Assembly (NCBI GenBank): GCA_965116475.1
Contig: OZ220691.1
Location: forward strand, 544,001-608,000
DNA: 64,000 nucleotides
From: Gemmatimonadota bacterium
GTDB taxonomy: Bacteria > Gemmatimonadota > Gemmatimonadetes > Palauibacterales > Palauibacteraceae
Direction of reading: 5' to 3'
Each line of letters begins with the position of its first letter. Position 1 is the first letter of the stretch. Of the stretch, positions 59,938 through 64,000 are shown piece after piece. A program made the position numbers and the translations under genes. Under the pieces are notes generated by a model that made no database searches, was not told where the DNA came from, and was given only the letters and a program-made list of their open reading frames with translations.

Positions 59938-61851
59938 ATGCGCGACGCAGACCGAATCGATACCACGCGGCCACGTTGGCCGACGTTCCGCCACCGTCGG
60001 ACCCCGCTTTCGCTCGGCGCGGCGCTGGCGCTTCTGCTGTTCGTCTGCGGCTGCCAGCCGGGCGAGGCGGGGGGCGGCTCCGAGGGCGGCGTCGAGGCCG
60101 GCTCCGAGGCTGGCGCCGAGGCCGGTGTCGCGAGCGGCACGGCCAGCGCGTTCATCGAGGCGGGGGGCGCTTTCCCCGAGGGGTGGCCGTTTGCGGCCGA
60201 AGACGCGCCCGTGACGGCCACCGAGGGCATGGTCGTCTCGACGGACGAGTACGCGTCGCGCGTCGGCATCGAGATCCTCGCGGCCGGGGGCAACGCGGTG
60301 GACGCGGCGGTCGCCACGGGGCTGGCGCTCGCCGTCGTGAACCCGGAGGCCGGCAACCTGGGCGGGGGCGGGTTCATGATGATCCGTCTCGCCGACGGCA
60401 CCGTCTTCGCGCAGGACCACCGGGAGAAGGCGCCGCTCGCCGCCACCCGCGACATGTATCTCGACGAGGACGGGAACGTGACCGACCTCTCCGTGCGGGG
60501 ACACCTCGCGGCGGGCGTGCCCGGGACCGTCTCCGGCCTGTGGGAGGCGCACCGGCGCTTCGGGGCGCTCGAGTGGACCGACGTGGTGCAACCGTCCATC
60601 GACCTCGCGCACGGGTTCGAGGTCACGACGCGGCTGGTGTCCACGCTCGACGCGGCGCAGGAGGGGATCCGCGCCTTCCCGCACAGCGCGCGCATCTTCC
60701 TCCCCGGCGACGCCGTCCCCGGCATCGGCGACACGTTCGCGCAGCCGGATCTCGCCGCGGTCCTCACGCGCCTCCGCGACCAGGGGCCGGATGACTTCTA
60801 CCGCGGTGAGACGGCCGCCCTGATCGTGGCGGAGATGGAGCGCGGCGGCGGCATCATCACGCTGGAGGACCTCGACCGCTACGAGACGGTGTGGCGCGAG
60901 CCGGTCGCCTTCGACTACCGCGGCTACACGGTGCACTCGATGCCGCCGCCGTCCTCGGGCGGCCTCACGATGGCGGCCATCGCCAACATCCTCGAGCGCT
61001 GGGACCTGGGCGCGATGGGGTGGAACAGCCCCGAGACGATCCATGTCATGGCGGAGTCCTTCCGGCGCGCCTACGCCGACCGCAACGAGTACCTTGCGGA
61101 TCCGGACTTCGTCGAACTCCCCGCCGGCGAGTTCCTCTCGGAGGCCTACGCGGACAGCCGCGCGGCGACGATCTCCACGGAGCGCGCGACGCCCTCCGCC
61201 GAGGTCAACCCCGGGATCGACGCCTTCCTCGACGAGAGCCACACGACCCACTACGCGGTCGTCGACTCGGAGGGGAACGCGGTCGCGGTCACGACCAGCA
61301 TCAACTCGTGGTACGGCGGCAAGGTCGTGGTGGACGGCGCGGGGTTCTTCCTCAACAACACGATGGACGACTTCGCGGCCAAGCCGGGCACGCCCAACCA
61401 GTTCGGCCTCGTGCAGGGCGAGCGCAACGCGATCGGCTCCGGGAAGCGCATGCTGTCGGCCATGAGCCCCACGATCGTCGAGGACGCGGACGGCGACCTC
61501 TTCCTCGTCACCGGCACCCCCGGCGGCGCCACGATCATCACGACGGTGCTGCAATCGATCTTCAACGTCGTCGACCACGGGATGAACGTCGTGCAGGCGG
61601 TCCACGCCCCTCGGGTGCACCACCAGCATCTCCCGGACCTCGTCTTCCACGAGTACGGAGGATTGGGAGGAACCACGGCGAGCGCGCTGGAGGCGCTGGG
61701 GCACACCGTCCTCGAGCGCGACCCGGGCCCGCCCGACGCCTACTTCACGGGCGGCATGTCGGGCGACCTGCAACTGATCATGGCGCTGCCGGACGGATCG
61801 TGGACGGGCTGGTCGGACCCCCGCCGCGGCGGAAGGACGCTGGGCCGTTAG
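59938..61851 (+). CDS. ggt: Gamma-glutamyltransferase
   Basis: GGNAVDAAVA, GNLGGGGFM, DHREKAP, PPPSSGG, E.HTTHY, GKRMLSAMSPT, GTPGG. Confidence 0.95.
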   Translation: MRDADRIDTTRPRWPTFRHRRTPLSLGAALALLLFVCGCQPGEAGGGSEGGVEAGSEAGAEAGVASGTASAFIEAGGAFPEGWPFAAEDAPVTATEGMVVSTDEYASRVGIEILAAGGNAVDAAVATGLALAVVNPEAGNLGGGGFMMIRLADGTVFAQDHREKAPLAATRDMYLDEDGNVTDLSVRGHLAAGVPGTVSGLWEAHRRFGALEWTDVVQPSIDLAHGFEVTTRLVSTLDAAQEGIRAFPHSARIFLPGDAVPGIGDTFAQPDLAAVLTRLRDQGPDDFYRGETAALIVAEMERGGGIITLEDLDRYETVWREPVAFDYRGYTVHSMPPPSSGGLTMAAIANILERWDLGAMGWNSPETIHVMAESFRRAYADRNEYLADPDFVELPAGEFLSEAYADSRAATISTERATPSAEVNPGIDAFLDESHTTHYAVVDSEGNAVAVTTSINSWYGGKVVVDGAGFFLNNTMDDFAAKPGTPNQFGLVQGERNAIGSGKRMLSAMSPTIVEDADGDLFLVTGTPGGATIITTVLQSIFNVVDHGMNVVQAVHAPRVHHQHLPDLVFHEYGGLGGTTASALEALGHTVLERDPGPPDAYFTGGMSGDLQLIMALPDGSWTGWSDPRRGGRTLGR

Positions 61852-62654
61852 CTCCGGAGCTGGATCTCGCGTCCGTTGAGCGGCTGCACGGGGCGCGCGT
61901 TCATCGGGTAGAGCGCCGCGAAGGCGTCGATCTGCGCCTGTGAGACGGAGATCGAGTCCGTCATCACGACCCAGCTGACCACCTCCGAGCAGGGCGGCGT
62001 GGTCAGCGAGCCCTGGTAGCGGTAGTAGGCGCGCCCCCCGGGAAGCAGCGTGCCGGGATCGAGCGCGCCGACGGCGGCCGGCGACTCGTCGACGCCGGGA
62101 ATCGCGTCCCACAGACCCTGGATCGTCGCGTCGGCGTCGCCCGCCTCCATGAGGACGCCGATCACGGCGAGATCTCCCTCCTCGGCCCCGTGCACGAAGT
62201 GCACCTCCATCGCGGAGGCGGTCCCGTCGACGGTGTGTTCGCTCGGCAGGTGGAAGTGGAACTGCACGAGCGAGAACTCGCGGCCCTCGAGGACGATCGA
62301 ACTCCCCTCAGCCACGTTGATCTGGATGGTGTGGCCGTTGTCCACGACCTCCGCCTCCGTGGCCTGCCACCGGATGTCGAGGCCGCCGCCCTCCGCCGCG
62401 TCCCCCGGAACCGCGCCCGCCAGGTCCACCGGAGACTGCTCGATGCCGACGTCGCACACCGCGAACGACGCGTCGAGCCCGCCCCACAGCTCCGGCGCCG
62501 TGTCGCCCTCGTACCCCCAGTGGACTTCCGCCTCCATCTCCCCCTCCGCCTCCGCGTGATCCTCGGCTTCCGGCCCACACCCCTGCTGCGCCCCCATGAG
62601 CAAGAGCAGCACCAGGCCGACGAATGTCCCGGGAATACGCGTCGCTGCTCGCAT
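61848..62654 (-). CDS. Alpha-class carbonic anhydrase, exported
   Basis: HWGYEG, QSPVD, NGHTIQ, QFHFH.PSEH, EVHFVH, YQGSLTTPPCSE.V.W, NARPVQPLNGR. Confidence 0.95.
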   Translation of the reverse strand: MRAATRIPGTFVGLVLLLLMGAQQGCGPEAEDHAEAEGEMEAEVHWGYEGDTAPELWGGLDASFAVCDVGIEQSPVDLAGAVPGDAAEGGGLDIRWQATEAEVVDNGHTIQINVAEGSSIVLEGREFSLVQFHFHLPSEHTVDGTASAMEVHFVHGAEEGDLAVIGVLMEAGDADATIQGLWDAIPGVDESPAAVGALDPGTLLPGGRAYYRYQGSLTTPPCSEVVSWVVMTDSISVSQAQIDAFAALYPMNARPVQPLNGREIQLRS

Positions 62655-62814
62655 TGGTTCCTCCATTGGGCACGAGGGGCTGGACCCGACTCCCCGCAAA
62701 TCTGCCTGCCTCCCCCAACCCGTCAAGAGGATCGGCGCCGGCCCGGGGTCTTGCCGAGGACTGAAGGGCCTGTCGTATCTCTTCTTCATCTTGAGAGAAC
62801 AGGAGCTGACGTCC

Positions 62815-64000
62815 ATGTACCAGGTATCAGTCCCCCGCAGCCGTCCTTCGTTCAGCGCGCTCACCCCCCTGGCGGCGCGGTCGCTTCTGCCCGTGGCGCT
62901 GTTTCTTCTGCCGGCGGCGGCGCAGGCGCAGGATCGGGAGGTGCGGGTCACCGTCTCCGAGGGGACGAACATGGCGGCGGCGGTCTCGCCGGACGGGAGC
63001 CGGATCGTGCTCGACCTGCAGGGGACGCTGTGGGTGATGGACGCCGGGGGCGGCGAGGCGCGCGCGATCACGGACATGTACTACGACGCGCGGCAGCCGC
63101 AGTGGGCGCCGGACGGGAGCCGGATCGTGTTCCAGTCGTTTCGGGACGGGCGCTGGCACATCTGGTCGATCGCGCCCGACGGCTCCGACCCGGCGCAGCA
63201 CACCTTCGGTCCCTACGACGAGCGGGAGCCGGCCTACTCCCCCGATGGCGGCGCGATCGCCTTCGCGTCGGATCGTTCCGGCACCTACGACATCTGGACG
63301 CTCGACATCTCGGGCGGGCCCGGCGACGGCCGAATCCAGCGGGTGACGGACGCGCCCACGCACGAGTTCACGCCGCAGTGGTCGCCGGATGGGGAATCCC
63401 TGGCCTACGCCTCGGACCGCGGCCTCGGGGCGATCATCGTCCGCGAGAGCGGCGGCTCGACCCGGGTCGTGGCGCGGAACGCGGGCGCGATTTCGCCGGC
63501 GTGGAGCCCGGACGGAAGCCGGATCGCGTACTCGGCCGTCGTCCGGGGCCAGACGGGGCTCTGGGTGGCCGACGCCGGCGCGGGCGGCAGCGGGGGCGGA
63601 GGCGGGGGCGCTGCCACGCCGACGCGCCTCACCGAGGAGGGGGCGGACGTCTTCCCCTTCCGTCCCATGTGGATGGGAGCCCGAACGGGGGACGGGACTG
63701 ACGCAGGGACTGACGCCGCGGAGATCGCCTACACGGGCGACGGCCGCATCCGGCGCGTGTCGGCGGACGGCGCGCCGGGGGCGGACATCCCCTTCGAGGC
63801 CACGTTCGCGTTTACGCGGCGCGACTACGAGCGCGCGCCGCGTTCGTTCGAGGCGGGAGAACCGGAGCCCGTGCAGGGGATCGTCGCCCCGGCGGTCTCC
63901 CCCGACGGTCGCCACATCGCCTTCACCGCCCTCGGCGACCTGTGGCTGCTCGACATCGCGGCGGACGGAGCGGACGGAGCGGACAGCGCAACGCCCCGGC
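62815..64000 (+). CDS. TolB-like (PD40 repeat) exported protein, probably the N-terminus of an amidohydrolase-family protein; runs off the window
   Basis: Signal peptide then VTVSEGTNMAAAVSPDG..IVLDLQG.LW; repeated P.WSPDG..IA motifs; no stop seen before the edge. Confidence 0.8.
   Translation, partial: MYQVSVPRSRPSFSALTPLAARSLLPVALFLLPAAAQAQDREVRVTVSEGTNMAAAVSPDGSRIVLDLQGTLWVMDAGGGEARAITDMYYDARQPQWAPDGSRIVFQSFRDGRWHIWSIAPDGSDPAQHTFGPYDEREPAYSPDGGAIAFASDRSGTYDIWTLDISGGPGDGRIQRVTDAPTHEFTPQWSPDGESLAYASDRGLGAIIVRESGGSTRVVARNAGAISPAWSPDGSRIAYSAVVRGQTGLWVADAGAGGSGGGGGGAATPTRLTEEGADVFPFRPMWMGARTGDGTDAGTDAAEIAYTGDGRIRRVSADGAPGADIPFEATFAFTRRDYERAPRSFEAGEPEPVQGIVAPAVSPDGRHIAFTALGDLWLLDIAADGADGADSATPR

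Overview
This is a GC-rich bacterial window. The gene content (TonB-dependent receptor, lipoprotein with plant-type LRRs, TolB-like protein, many TA modules) suggests a Gemmatimonadota-like, possibly sponge-associated genome, but that is inference. Positions 1-17 kb and 41.7-64 kb hold transport, peptidase, metabolic, outer-membrane and toxin-antitoxin genes. Positions 17.0-41.7 kb form a defence island: type I R-M, a GmrSD-like gene, DUF3800, FRG+DUF262, a HEPN pseudogene, a HAD hydrolase, two PD-(D/E)XK nucleases, DUF429 and unknown gene pairs. Three non-coding structures stand out. (1) Five co-oriented right-end remnants of one IS481-family element bracket and punctuate the island, and four are followed by an AT-richer cassette. 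(2) An IS1111-type (IS110 family) element sits inside one of those ends, and its non-coding end carries readable bridge/seek-RNA-like guides that match both the IS481 terminus and its own circle junction. (3) A palindrome, ACGTTCCCGCGGGAACGT, occurs inside and upstream of a DUF222-HNH gene and at three other intergenic sites; two copies carry a phased TGAGAC array, suggesting an HNH-associated REP-like system. No CRISPR array, rRNA or tRNA was recognised. All calls are by eye; no database was searched.
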